From Macrostomum lignano (Eukaryota), in the NCBI GenBank assembly GCA_002269645.1, contig NIVC01000708.1, positions 1 through 64,000 of the forward strand: a DNA stretch of 64,000 bases, given 5' to 3'. Numbering within the stretch: the first letter of the stretch is position 1; every line of letters starts with the position of its first letter. The notes beneath the pieces are model-generated. The model did no database searches, was not told where the DNA came from, and saw only the letters and a list, made by a program, of their open reading frames with translations. Both the position numbers and the translations under genes were made by a program. Below, one piece after another: positions 50,382 through 62,796 of this stretch.

Positions 50382-53300
50382 TTTAAAAAAATAACATGAT
50401 GCTTTGCCATCTCTCGTGATAGAGTTAAAATCCGCTGTATTTTAAAAATTTAAGTTTAAAATAAATTGATTTAATTTTCGCCGCTTTTAGCACTGTGTTG
50501 GCCACTTGCTTAGCCGCCCAGTTGCAGCCGCGGAGCAATTAATTTATTTAAAATCCACATAAAAACTATAGCCCCAATATAATTAATTTAAACGCACAAT
50601 GCATGTGCCTGAGGACTTAAGTCAGCCCTGTATATGAAAAAATCGTCCGCAAAAACGAGGAAGGATTCGTCCGCAATTTATGTATTGTAGATCTATATAG
50701 ATCTATAGTTCATATATTAAGGAGCTAGATCTTTATCAGAGAAAATTCTAAAAGATATTCTCTCAAATTTCGATGACTACGTCTACATATGGAGTCTGCA
50801 CACCGAATAGGATATTTTCATGTACTCACTCGGACAAAGATAAATCCAAACCGAGATTTTCTGTCGTAACTTTAAAATTTGAATAATAAAAATATAGTAC
50901 TTATTATTTACCGATTTGTTGTTTTCCAGAAAATATTTATGAGTAGAATTTACTATTTATTTTTCATGTTTTGCTGATATTGCAATATACATTTCGTTTT
51001 TTGTTAACATTTAAGCAAGTTTACAGTAAAAATTTAACACTGTGAAAGATTTCATTTTTTTGCAATGACTTGAGCAGCTCAGCTTAGTCGTTAAGGTTGT
51101 AGCTTGTGGATAAGGTCCATCCCAGTGCCCTTATTACTGTCAGACCTGTGCTAAGTAAAATTAAGTTTGCATAAATACGTTTATTATATTATATTATATT
51201 ATATTATATAATTATATTATACTATAAATACATAGGTCATTCATAGGCCTAGGTCTAGTCATCACCCATCAGTCATTTTTGCATTTTTGTAAGAATAGGC
51301 CTACTATATTGGTATACTTAAATCATTTAAGTATAAATCTTATGAGAAAGCCTACTAGTGTATTAGCTTAAATGTAAGTCCTATATCTTATTTTAATATT
51401 CTAGATTTATGTCTTCTATTTTCTACTTTTTCACCATACAGTATGTTATAGGTATGAAAATCCATTTAAATACAGCTATTTCTCACTGCTATTCCTGCTA
51501 ATTTATACCAAACATCATTCTAAGCCTATACTATACAACTAAAAAATAAATCTTTGTTTAATACCATAGCATAATCCAGATCATGCTAAGTACACACAAA
51601 TGAACATTAAACAAAGATTGAATGCACACCCATTCTGGAAGCTACACCAGTGTTGTGACTCAATGTCCTTTTTTAAATTGCATAAAGGACCTTTTTGGCT
51701 AATAATTTAGTTGATTTTTGTGCTTTTTTAATAATATTATTTATTAAAATATAGCGGAAAATTGATACATGCAAAGATTTGCTTAAGTAAATACTTTATT
51801 ACTAGCTTAAAAAACCTAGAAAGATATGAAAGGTTTCATATCAATATATACCAAGTATAGCTCTAGGCCCTAATATAGACACTAAATAAAAGGTCATACA
51901 TGCGCAACCCCCCTAATTTACACTGGCTATGCAACTTACTTTTTGACCAAAAATGTGACTTACCTATGATAGAAACCCTAGAGCAACATTAACGCAATTT
52001 TGGGTAAATGGCAAGAATAACTGTGACTGTCTTATAAGGGCTAAATGCCTCATCATCTAATTAGTACTATATCTGTATTCTTTGGGGTAGGCATTTTTGC
52101 GACTTACCCATGGTCCACCACAATTTACGGTGGCCAGATTGGCCAGGTTAGCCAGCAGTTACGCATGTATGTAAAATGTATTATAAAGTTGAAAATAGTT
52201 TCAAAAAAGGAAATAAAGACTTAATGAATTTAATTTAACCCTATACTTTCTATTTTGCAATTTAGCCTTATACTTTTCAATTAGCTGACTCCCTTTGTCT
52301 ACCATGCTCTTCCCCACAGATAATCCCAACTGTTAATTTATTATTTATTAGTTAATTGTCAACTTTGACAACATGATTCCTACATTTTTGCACCAATCTG
52401 AAATAAAAAACTTTGAAACTTTGAATTGTTAGGAATTGTTTAGAATTTCTAGAGATGGATAAGTGCTTAAAAAACAAAGTTGTTAATTTTACTGTTTTAA
52501 TAGCTTGGGGATGTCCAAACATGCTAAAATCAGCTTCTCAAGTGGAGAAAATGTAAAAGCCTTGAAAAAATAGTTTAAAATTGATTCAAGAAGAATGCCT
52601 ATTTATAATATATATTAAGATATTATATTATGAAAACCAGTCTAAATCAAAAGTTGTAAGTTGTAAAGTTTAAAAAAGTAGGCCTAAAGTTAAAAAGTAG
52701 CAGAATAGGGTCAAATAAAGCTTTTTTTCAAATTTATTTGTTATGACTTCTTAGAAGCTTATGTTATATATCCTTATATAAATAAATAAAAATAAAAAGA
52801 TATTTGCTATTTTCATCTATAAGAATTCAAGTTTGAAATTAGGTTTTTTAGGTCTTAAAAAATCCATAGAATCACCAAATCTCCTAGGCCCATTCTAGTT
52901 AATTATAGAATTTATAATTTTATATCAAAGACATGGGTTAGGGTTAGGGTTGAGTTTAGCAAATTATATTAAATGAAAGCAAAAGTTTAGTTTTATATAC
53001 AAATATAGTAGCTAAAATTTTATGAAATTTTAAGATTTGAAATACTTTGGTAGGTTTATTGTATATTACAAATTGAATTGTTCTATAAAAATCTTAAAGT
53101 TAGCAATATTTTTATTAAATATTCTATATTCATTGTAATAATTTAGAAATATGAGTGTAGTTTGAGATTTAAAAAATATATATTTTATTTATTGTAAATA
53201 TGTAAATATGTAAGTTTAAAATACCAGCAAAATACTTTAAATGACTATTCTAATGTCACACTACATTCCAACTAAAGTACAATGTTAAATTTCCACACTT

Positions 53301-53500
53301 TGTATTATTTACCATATTCTAATTAGGATAGTTCATTTTTGTTTTAATGTGCAGAAGCTTCTAGGTAGGCCTATTTAAAATGTATGAATACATAGTATCT
53401 GCCACCAAAATCTTCAAATCTCATGAGACAATTGAAAAATGAAATATTTGGCGGGTGCAAAAAGCTTGCTACTTTGATTTCCAATTCATGCCCTCCCAAA

Positions 53501-56096
53501 ATGTCGGCAGCAGACGATGACGCATTCAACAGGCTGGCTAGTGACATTGCTAGACAGGTGGACAGCATTAAGAGCAATGCCAATCAGATCAAATCTCTGG
53601 CCTCATCTATTGGCACTGAGCGGGACTCGTCAGACAGGCGGCAGCAGCTGCACTCGCTGACCCACACCACTAGGGCGCTGTGCCAGGCTGCCGCTGATCA
53701 GCTGCGCGACGGCCTGGCGCCAATGTGCGTCGGGCTGGCTGGCGGCGCCAGGCGCGCGCAGAAGGACCGCCTGTTGGACAAGCTGGCTAAGGCGGCAGGC
53801 GACTTTCAGGTATGCCTAGTGGGGTGGGTGGAATGGCCGGGGGCGGTTGGTAGGTTTTCTCGTAGAGTCGGTGAGTAGAGTGTCTGGTAGAGTCGGTGAG
53901 TAGAGTGGCTGGTAGAGTTCGGTGAGTAGAGTGTCTGGTAGTGTCCGGTGAGTAGAGTGTCTGGTAGAGTCAGTGAGTAGAGTGTCTGATAGAGTCTGTG
54001 AGTAGTTTCTGGTAGTGTCCGGTGAGTAGAGTGTCTGGTAGAGTCAGTGAGTAGAGTGTCTGGTAGAGTCTGTGAGTAGTTTCTGGTAGTGTCCGGTGAG
54101 TCGAGTGTCTGATAGTGTCCGGTGAGTAGAGTGTCTGGTAGTGTCTGGTAGTGTCCGGTGAGTAGATTGTCTGGTAGAGTCTGTGAGTAGTTTCTGGTAG
54201 TGTCCGGTGAGTAGAGTGTCTGGTAGTGTCCGGTGAGTAGAGTGTCTGGTAGTGTCCGGTGAGTAGAGTGTCTGGTAGTGTCTGGTAGTGTCCGGTGAGT
54301 AGAGTGTCTGGTAGTGTCCGGTGAGTAGAGTGTCTGGTAGTGTCCGGTGAGTAGAGTGTCTGGTAGTGTCCGGTGAGTAGAGTGTCTGGTAGTGTCCGGT
54401 GAGTAGAGTGTCTGGTAGTGTCCGGTGAGTAGAGTGTCTGGTAGTGTCTGGTAGTGTCCGGTGAGTAGAGTGTCTGGTAGTGTCCGGTGAGTAGAGTGTC
54501 TGGTAGTGTCCGGTGAGTAGAGTGTCTGGTAGTGTCCGGTGAGTAGAGTGTCTGGTAGTGTCCGGTGAGTAGAGTGTCTGGTAGTGGCCGGTGAGTAGAG
54601 TGTCTGGTAGTGTCCGGTGAGTAGAGTGTCTGGTAGTGTCCGGTGAGTAGAGTGTCTGGTAGTGTCCGGTGAGTAGAGTGTCTGGTAGTGTCCGGTGAGT
54701 AGAGTGTCTGGTAGTGGCCGGTGAGTAGAGTGTCTGGTAGTGTCCGGTGAGTAGTGTCTGGTAGTGTCCGGTGAGTAGAGTGTCTGGTAGTGTCCGGTGA
54801 GTAGTGTCTGGTAGTGTCCGGTGAGTAGAGTGTCTGGTAGAGTAGAGTGTCTGGTAGAGACTTAGAGTTCGGTGAGTGGGATAGCTGGTAGAGTCAGTGA
54901 GTAGGCATGTCGTTGAGCGTTCAGCCTCTCCCGGCCCCATCCAGGAGGCGCAGCGGCTTGTCCAGTCGCGCGAACGCGAGCAAGTCGCCCAGCAAAAGCG
55001 CGCAGCCAGCGGTGTGGAGGCGGCCTTCAACGGCGATGCGCAGCCGCCCCCGCCCAGCGGTGCCGAAGACAACTCCAACCCGTTCACGCTGGAGAACGCG
55101 CAGATGCAGGCGACCGCGGATCTGCAAGACGATTTGCAGGCCGCCGAGGAGCGGGAGAGCCAGCTGCGGCAGCTGGAGCAGGACATTGTGGGTAAGCTTG
55201 CGGGTCTGGGTCGTCAGGCTGTTAATTCCAACTATTCTAATGCGGTTATTCGGGTTTAATATCCACACTCCTTCCGTCATCTCAATTTCTCTATCCATCA
55301 CAGTAATACATTTACAGCCTACTGACTTCAGTAGTGTGTTAGTCAGCCTACTGACTTCAGTAGTGTGTTAGTCAGCCTACTGACTTCAGTAGTGTGTTAG
55401 TCAGCCTACTGACTTCAGTAGTGTGTTAGTCAGCCTACTGACTTCAGTAGTGTGTTAGTCAGCCTACTGACTTCAGTAGTGTGTTAGTCAGCCTACTGAC
55501 TTCAGCACAATTGACCACTATTCTTAATTCACACCACTCCCCTATTCACCCCCTTTCACACCTCGATTCTCCTATTCGCCCCATTACAGAATTCCCTCCA
55601 CTCCACCTTTCACACCACTACCCTATTCGGTCCACTACCTTTTCACTCTACTACCCTGTTCACTCCACTACCCTATTCACTTCACTACCCTATCCACCCC
55701 CATTCACACCTCGATTCTCATATTCGCCCACTCCACTATTAATCCACTCCACCATTCACCCACTTCACCATTAACCTTACTCCAACATTCACCCACTCTC
55801 TATTCACTCACTTTCCCCTTTGCTCCACTACCCTGTTCCCCCCAACCGCAGGCATCAACGAGATGTTCAAAGACCTGGCTCAGATGGTGCACGAGCAGGG
55901 CGACATGATCGATTCGATCGAAGACCACGTCGGGCAGGCGGTCATGCAGGTGGAGGAGGGCAGCAAGAACCTGAAGCAGGCGGTCACCTATAAGAAGTCT
56001 GCTAGGCGCAAGAAGATCATCATTGCGCTGGTGGTGATTGCGGCGCTCGCAATCCTGGCCGTGATCATCTATTTTGCCGTGCCCAAGCCTAACTAG
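53501..56096 (+). CDS. STX7/STX12: Syntaxin-7/12-like endosomal Qa-SNARE (266 aa)
   Basis: Exons 53501-53809 (Habc-like; IGTERDSSDRRQQLH; QKDRL...DFQ), 54945-55191 (EERESQLRQLEQDIV), 55852-56096 (GINEMFKDLAQMVHEQGDMIDSIE SNARE motif with layer-0 Gln, then KKSARRKK and a C-terminal transmembrane helix). Confidence 0.9.
53870..54900. repeat. 26-bp minisatellite (GTGAGTAGAGTGTCTGGTAGTGTCCG)
   Basis: Fills syntaxin intron 1. Confidence 0.95.
55315..55505. repeat. 29-bp palindromic minisatellite (CAGCCTACTGACTTCAGTAGTGTGTTAGT)
   Basis: About 6 identical units; each has CTACTGA-CT-TCAGTAG dyad symmetry. Confidence 0.95.
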
Positions 56097-56229
56097 TGAT
56101 TCATTGGCTGCTCGCTAGACTCTGTGAAACCGGTTTTCAGTTAACAATCAGCTTTGTAAACTTGTATACTACGGGTCACTAATTCACCCATTTTCATTTC
56201 GGCTGTTCCGCCAAGCATAAGCTGAAATA

Positions 56230-57065
56230 TGTGTGAATGAGTGATTTATATGGGTGTGAATGAGTGATTTATGTGTCATTAAGTGAAATTTTTGGATTCC
56301 AATGGGTGGAAGGCTGAAGCGTGAATGAGTTGAAAATGTTGATGTGATTAATTGGAATCCAGCTGTGCGTGTGGATGAGTTAAAGGTGTGAGTGTGAATA
56401 AGTGAATTGTATGGGTGTGAATGAGTAATGTGTGGGTGTGAATAAGTGAATTGTATGGGTGTGAATGAGTAATGTGTGGGTGTGAATAGGTGATGTTTGG
56501 GTGTGAATAAGTGAATGGTGTGAGTGTGAATGTGTGAAATGTGTGAGTGTGAATGAGTGAAAGGTGTGGGCGTGAATGATTGAAATGTGTGAGTGTTAAT
56601 GAGTGAAAGGTGTGGGTGTGAATGATTGAAATGTGTGAGTGTTAATGAGTGAAAGGTGTGGGTGTGACTGTGAGTGAGTTAAAGGTGTGGGTGTGAATTA
56701 GTTAAAGGTGTGGGTGTGAATGAGTGAAATGTGTGGGTGTGAATTAGTTAAAGGTGTGAATGTGAATGAGTGAAAGGTGTGGGTGTGAATGAGTGAAAGG
56801 TGTGGGTGTAAATGATTGAAAGGTGTGGGTGTTAATGAGTGAAAGGTGTGGGTGTAAATGAGTGAAAGGTGTGGGTGTTAATGAGTGAAAGGTGTGGGTG
56901 TAAATGAGTGAAAGGTGTGGGTGTGAATGAGTGAAAGGTGTGGGTGTGAATGAGTTGAAGGTGTGGGTGTGAATGAGTGAAATGTGTGGGTGTTAACGAG
57001 TGAAAGGTGTGGGCGTTAATGAGTGAAAGGTGTGGGTGTTAACGAGTGAAAGGTGTGGGTGTAAA
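56230..57065. repeat. ~23-bp minisatellite (GTGTGGGTGTGAATGAGTGAAAG)
   Basis: Directly visible, downstream of the syntaxin stop. Confidence 0.85.
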
Positions 57066-57974
57066 TGCGGGATGTTTAAGTGGAAGCTGCTTAAATAGAT
57101 AATCAAACCGCAGATGCTACTACATTTTGAAGACACCTAAAGTTTCACTGTCACCATTCATACCTGAATCTGCCGTAGTCCATCGCACTCTCAGCTGTCC
57201 AGACACAGCTTACTTCCAGGACATGTCAACCCCTTGAATTGCGGCTGTGGCTCTTTTCTTAGCAATTATTGTTGCAAATTTACATGCTAACTTAAATATG
57301 AAACCCTTTGATCAAAAAGTATACAACGCCAAAGCACGTATTGCAGACACTCCACTCTGCAACCCATGTGAGCGCACGCAGGTCATCATTCCAGTGTCAC
57401 AACGGCCCCCGGCTGTCTCAAAATTAAAATTCTTGGAATATATTGCACTTTTAGCTGAAACATTTTATTTTAACCGAATCGCGTTTTTACAGTCTCCTTG
57501 TCGCCTCCTCCTTTGCACTCAGTTTGATTTCTTCGCCTAATAGTTTTTTTAGTTCGGCTTTAAAACTATTATGGACATCTCAGTTACCCATTATTAATAT
57601 GTTGCTTTTCCATGTTCAGTGCTGTTTTTTCATGTTTTTTTTATTTTACAGCAAAAATTCTAGCGCGCATTCTGCCAGCGCTACTGATAGTAGAAAATGC
57701 CGACTATTTATAACGTCGCGGGCTGTCACAGAGTATCACCAATCGGATATATTCTGTTTTTTTGTAAATAAGTATATTAAGTAAAAGTATAACTATACAT
57801 TATTTCGTACTCAAAAATATAATTGCTTTATTATTTAATATCCTGATTGGGTCTTTCATCTTAGATTTTTTTACTTTTTTTCGTCTAATTGATTGCTGAT
57901 TTAGTCTAGATAGCTTATACTCCTGTGGGTAAACTTAATGCACATTATATATGATCAACTCCAAATCTGTGATC

Positions 57975-58380
57975 CTCCTACAACCTCTAACCTCCCATAC
58001 CCTATAACCTCCCACACCTTCCAACCTCCCACACCCTCTAACCTCCCACGCAAATTTAACCTCCCAGACCTTAAAACCTCCCACACCCTCAACCTCCCAC
58101 AACCTTTAAACTCCTACACCCTCTAACATCAGGGACCTTCTTACCTCCCGCACCCTCAACCTCCCACACCGTCTAACCACTCACACACATCTAACCTTCT
58201 ACACCCTCTAACCTCCCACACCTCTAACTTCCCACACACATGTAACCTCCCAGACCTTCTAACCTCCCACACCTCTAAACTCCCAGACCTCTCAGACGTC
58301 CAACTTACCAGACACAACCTCCCAGGCATCCAACTTCCCAGGCAACCAACCTGCCAGACACCCAACATCCCAGACCCACT
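57975..58380. repeat. Degenerate AACCTCCCACAC repeat
   Basis: Directly visible, just upstream of the 58490 gene. Confidence 0.75.
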
Positions 58381-58489
58381 GTAATCTTGAAGGTATGGCT
58401 GATTGAAAACATTTGGAAACAAGAACTGTTACGTAACCAACGTATCCCGCAGCTATTCAGTCCATTTATCTAGTCTCTACCTTGTCAAG

Positions 58490-59939
58490 ATGGCGGCACT
58501 GGCTATGAACCCACTGAATCAGAGCATGGGCGCTCTGGGCGGCGGCGGTGGCGGCGGCCAATTCTCTCCCCTGACCCTATTCGAGTGCACCATCACCAAC
58601 GCCACCATGCTGGTGGACACCATGCCGGTGCGCGACCTTCTAGCCGCATTTCGCATCGTCTCCCAGCTGGGCGCCCACGTAGCCGAGGTGCTGGAGCCTC
58701 AGGTCGGCAGGCTGGCCGACTCTGCCGATGACGGCCACCAGGGCCAGCCGGCTGGGGCGGCCTCGTCGTCAGCCAGCCTGCAGCAGCGACCTCAACCACC
58801 GCAGCAGCCGCAGCAGCCGCCGCCGCCTCAGCCGCCGCCGCAGTCGCGCCCAATGAAGCGGGAGTTCTTCGACGACGAAGACGACGAGGAGCCGCCGGAT
58901 GCCGACTTTTGCGGCGCCGGGCCGCTGGGCACCGGCGGCTCTTCGTCGTTTTTCTACGACGAGGCAAGCGTGTCCAGCGGCGCCGCCGGGGCTGCGCCGA
59001 ACGCCAAGATGATCCGGCATGGGTACGCGGACGCTCCGCCAGTGTCAGAGTCTGGGGAGCTGTCGGCTGAGTGGAAGGTGCGGCGCCAGAGTGGGGGGTT
59101 TCAGAATTTTATTATATAATCTCCATGTATAACAGTAATCTGTTATCAGGTTAAAGGTACAGGAGTTTGTCAAGCTGGCGATGAATAAGGCGATCTGTAT
59201 CTGAATTGTCTGAGCAAAGCAACAGATGGCTTGGGAACCTTATGCCCAACAAGAAACTCGCGTGCTGCTGAAAAAGCGATTGAAACGACTATTCAGTTGG
59301 CCATGAAGCACCTTTAAAACGATTGAAATCCCGACGAACCTTTTTATTAGAATTTTTTTATAACCGCGATAACTATTTAAAACTGCATGTGCGCATATTA
59401 CTACTTTTTTGCAGACGGTGCAGTAGGTTCAGTTTGTTCTTTAAAGAAAATACTAATGTTTTAAGATTATAATAGCTGGCAAATTGATTTCCAATCTAGT
59501 ACATATTTCGACAATTGCGCGGCATTTTTGTTTGATGTGTTTTCGCACCTACCAAAGTTGTACAAGTGGGCAATAAATGAAATGAATAAATTGAGTTTGC
59601 GGCACTTCACAGTTAGTTAATTAGCAGCAAGGTGTAAACGAGTTGAAAATTATCATCTGCCTGCAATTAAGATAAAGACATTTTATAGGAATAAAGGCGG
59701 GCAGGTATGCTTGGGCTAATCATAATTACCTAATTACCTGCCTGCTAATCTCGGCTTTTAACAGGGCATCCTGCGCCGGGCCTATCGCCTGCTTAAAGAG
59801 GAAACCGGCAGCAACCTGTTCGACTTTGCGCTGCCCTATTCGGCTCGCGTCAACCTGGAGGCGGCCAATCGGGTGATTGAGAAGGCTCGCAGCATGGCGC
59901 CAGACAGCGTCTCGCCCAGCCACTTGACCGCTTGGACCA
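58490..59939 (+). CDS. Uncharacterised protein (N-terminal helical segment, Q/P-rich and acidic linker, C-terminal helical domain); 3' end unresolved
   Basis: GC-rich exon 58490-59077 (ATG preceded by several AGs; donor AAG|GTGCGG) and exon 59765-59939 (GILRRAYRLLKEETGSNLFDFALPYSARVNLEAANRVIEKARS...AWT; donor A|GTGAGT), phase 0 join. A possible next exon is 60317-60401 (KDYRLSLCNTRLASSS...). Confidence 0.7.
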
Positions 59940-62365
59940 GTGAGTGCCACGCTAAAGTTAAAAAATACAAACGGAATTGCTTGAATAGCAAGGATTTGTT
60001 GTCTTTGAATTGAGTTTATTTTAATTTATTATATTGCACTTTTTCTATTGCATTTTTTTACTTTGTCTTTAAAGAACTCAAACTAAACGGACGTTGCAGG
60101 GCTCTGTACTAATTATTAAAACTATAATGCCGATATTCAGTGTTCACGGCCAATTTCTATTTATGATGGATTGTGTATGCATTAATTATCTAATTAACAA
60201 TCTTTATTTTAGAGTTTTCGTGCGTTTTGAAGGGCCCATCTAAAAACAAGCTTAGCCTTTTTTATTTAAATTTAAATGATTAGTAAAGCAATAATAATAA
60301 TGTACATTGTACACAGAAGACTACCGCCTAAGTCTCTGCAACACTCGTTTAGCGTCATCTAGCACAAGTTCAAGCCAAGTAAATCAAGTAAATACACAAT
60401 GGTAAGACGCTAAGACCTTGTTTACTATTTTTAGCCCTGTGCCGAAGGTACACCCGATTGTACTTTAAGGACACACTAAAGCGTACTCACGCATCAGAAA
60501 ACAGTAAACAGAGGAGCAGCGAGATATTCTATTTATACTGTCCCGTAAGCTTACCAGTTCGATTTGTGGTTCAATTCTTTTAGTTGTGGCTTTGCCCAGA
60601 TTAAAGTTTAAGAGGAAAAAGTATGCACTGCAGCTCCGACAAGTTTGTGTTGGCCCTTGTTATAAAATTGAAATGAAATTATTGTTTTATGTTTCTTCAC
60701 TCAGAATTCGCCAATAATTATTTGTCAAATTACTACAACAAGACTTTAAAAGCAAACTTTTGGCGTCGCAGGAAGTCTTCTTCCGTTGGTGTGCTCTTTG
60801 TAAGTTACCGAGACGTTACTCAAAACCGTAGAGCCTGTAACGATTCGTCTCTAATTTATCGTATGTTCTGCAGACTTAAGCAACACTAACGCCAACCTTT
60901 TAGATAATTGCACAAAGTACTTAAGTACTTACTTCTATTGTACTTTGGTTTCAAACATGAAAAAAAACTAAAGTCAAAGAGATGGGATTCTCAATGCAGG
61001 CTGTTGTCAGTAAGTTTGCTGCAATGCTAGATAGCGGGGAGAAAATCTTGGGGTTAATCATTGCTGTTATTTCCTTCTTATAGACTCGTTAGCAGCAGTA
61101 TATATAGAAAATAGTTTGATGAATGCGAGGCAGCTGTTAGGATGCTTACTCTGTACACATCGATATAGTATGAGCATTATGTGTCCAGAGAAGTATCCGA
61201 AAGCGTGTTTTAATTTAACCTCGGTTCGCGAAGTCAAAGCAATGGAAGTTTAAAACGACGACATGACGAACTACCGTTCCAAAACGGGACGTTTACTATG
61301 TACACCAAACATTTAAAGCATTTGTGTATACACGGTAAACGCCCCGCCAGCACGGACAATGAGACAAGGAGTTTGGGATTTTAGGTTGAAACGGTGCGCA
61401 ATGAAATTCCTTTTGGTGCTTAACGTATTCCACTTGTCTTTTAAAATTCTGACAAATGGACATACGAAGCGCCATTAGAAACATCGTGTATCTTACATTA
61501 GAAAGTAAGTCTCCAAATAAAACAAAAACTTACCACGCTTACTCGCAGTTGCAACAATCGTCGTAGGAGTTGATTTGTCTGTCTTGAATGAAACAGACTA
61601 AGTGTGGAGCTTTGTCGTTTACTGGGGTCCTTTTTATCTGCATTTGTCTAGACCAACTTATTGGTGGGTGCCTGAATTGGCCAACGCAAGTTTAGCGACT
61701 TGTGCTATTGGCTCACGTGTGGACGCCCCTCTCACCCTCCCTCCTCCGCGGATTGGCTCTGCGCATTTTTGTGCGTGCCACTGTGGTAGGGTGGGGTAAG
61801 GAAAGGAAGCCTGATCCGGCTGGTAGAGCGGCTGGCTCTGAGGCATGATTCTAGACCCAACCCCTTGCAGTCTTCGCCTCACTTCCTAATACGAAGCCCC
61901 CAATCTTAACCAAAACCAAGCCAACTTAAACCCCAAACCCAAACTATTTGACTTCAATTCTTATGTTCACTCGACTCTCCTAGCCTTCTACTTGCAAGTT
62001 GCAACAAATAGCTCCTATTAGATACTTTTCTCTAATGAGAAATGTAAGATCTGTACTATTCTTTTTGTAATTAGGAATAGTGGGTTGACTCAATTTTATT
62101 TTTATTTTTTTGCGTTTCTATGATCACCCCGTATAAAAAGTCCATTCCATGTGAAACTGATGACTGCAACTAGGTTTGATGAATGACAGCTGTACGTGTA
62201 AGATTAGAATAACTTGGACGGCCGACTATTTACTTTGGTCGATTTATGACATGGTTTTATGCATCGTAAAATACGCATGCATGGCAAAAGTTCAACAAAA
62301 AACAATTCTTTACTGGAATTGTACTGTTGATTATCTTCAGTTCAGTGTCAGCTTAATAATTATTA

Positions 62366-62796
62366 TAGTATTTGTCATGCTGTCTCAGCCTGGAGACGTC
62401 CAAACTCAGCCAGCCCATCTCAACAGTGCGATTTTTTACGTAAGCCAGTCGAGTTTTGCCATGGACATGCTTCTTAAGGCTATCTCAGCTATCTCAGCTA
62501 TCTCAGCCTGGGACATGCAATCTCAGCCACTTTTCAGATTCTTACTGACTTTTCTTGCTGCGTTCATTCATTGCTGTTTGTTGCCATTTCATGTCACGTT
62601 ACAGAAATGATAGCATTGAGATCTGTTTGCAATTGAAATCTATATTGGCTGAGATTGCATGTCCCAGGCTGAGATAGCATGGCCTTAAGAAGCATGTCTA
62701 TGGTAAAACTCGACTAGCTCGAGCCAAAAAACGCATTGCGGAATGGGGCTGGCTGAGTTTGGATGTCCCTGGGCTGAGATAGCATGACAAAAGCTA
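62366..62796. mobile_element. MITE (431 bp) with ~150-160-bp terminal inverted arms, TA-flanked
   Basis: TTTGTCATGC..CTCAGCC..CCAAACTCAGCCAGCCC..GTCGAGTTTT..CATGCTTCTTAAGGC..TCTCAGCCTGGGACATGCAATCTCAGCCA (to 62529) is mirrored at 62646-62796; 116-bp spacer; TA on both sides. Confidence 0.75.

Noticed and set aside
49027-50410. Antisense ORFs over the tubulin tail, and similar ones over PDE2, tropomyosin, syntaxin and the orphan exons
   Set aside because: Expected shadows of GC-rich coding sequence, with no recognisable motifs.
52935-52951. GGGTTAGGGTTAGGGTT telomere-like motif
   Set aside because: Under three units in AT-rich intergenic DNA; too short to call an interstitial telomere.
50400-53400. 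3-kb AT-rich spacer with possible transposon fragments (for example CAGTGTTG near 51647)
   Set aside because: No matching second terminus, TSD or coding remnant could be established by eye.
55315-55505. CRISPR-like 29-bp palindromic repeats
   Set aside because: No unique spacers, no cas genes, eukaryotic intron.
58560-58720. Resemblance of the orphan N-terminus to glycolipid transfer protein helix 1-2
   Set aside because: Similarity is vague and the remaining GLTP motifs are absent.
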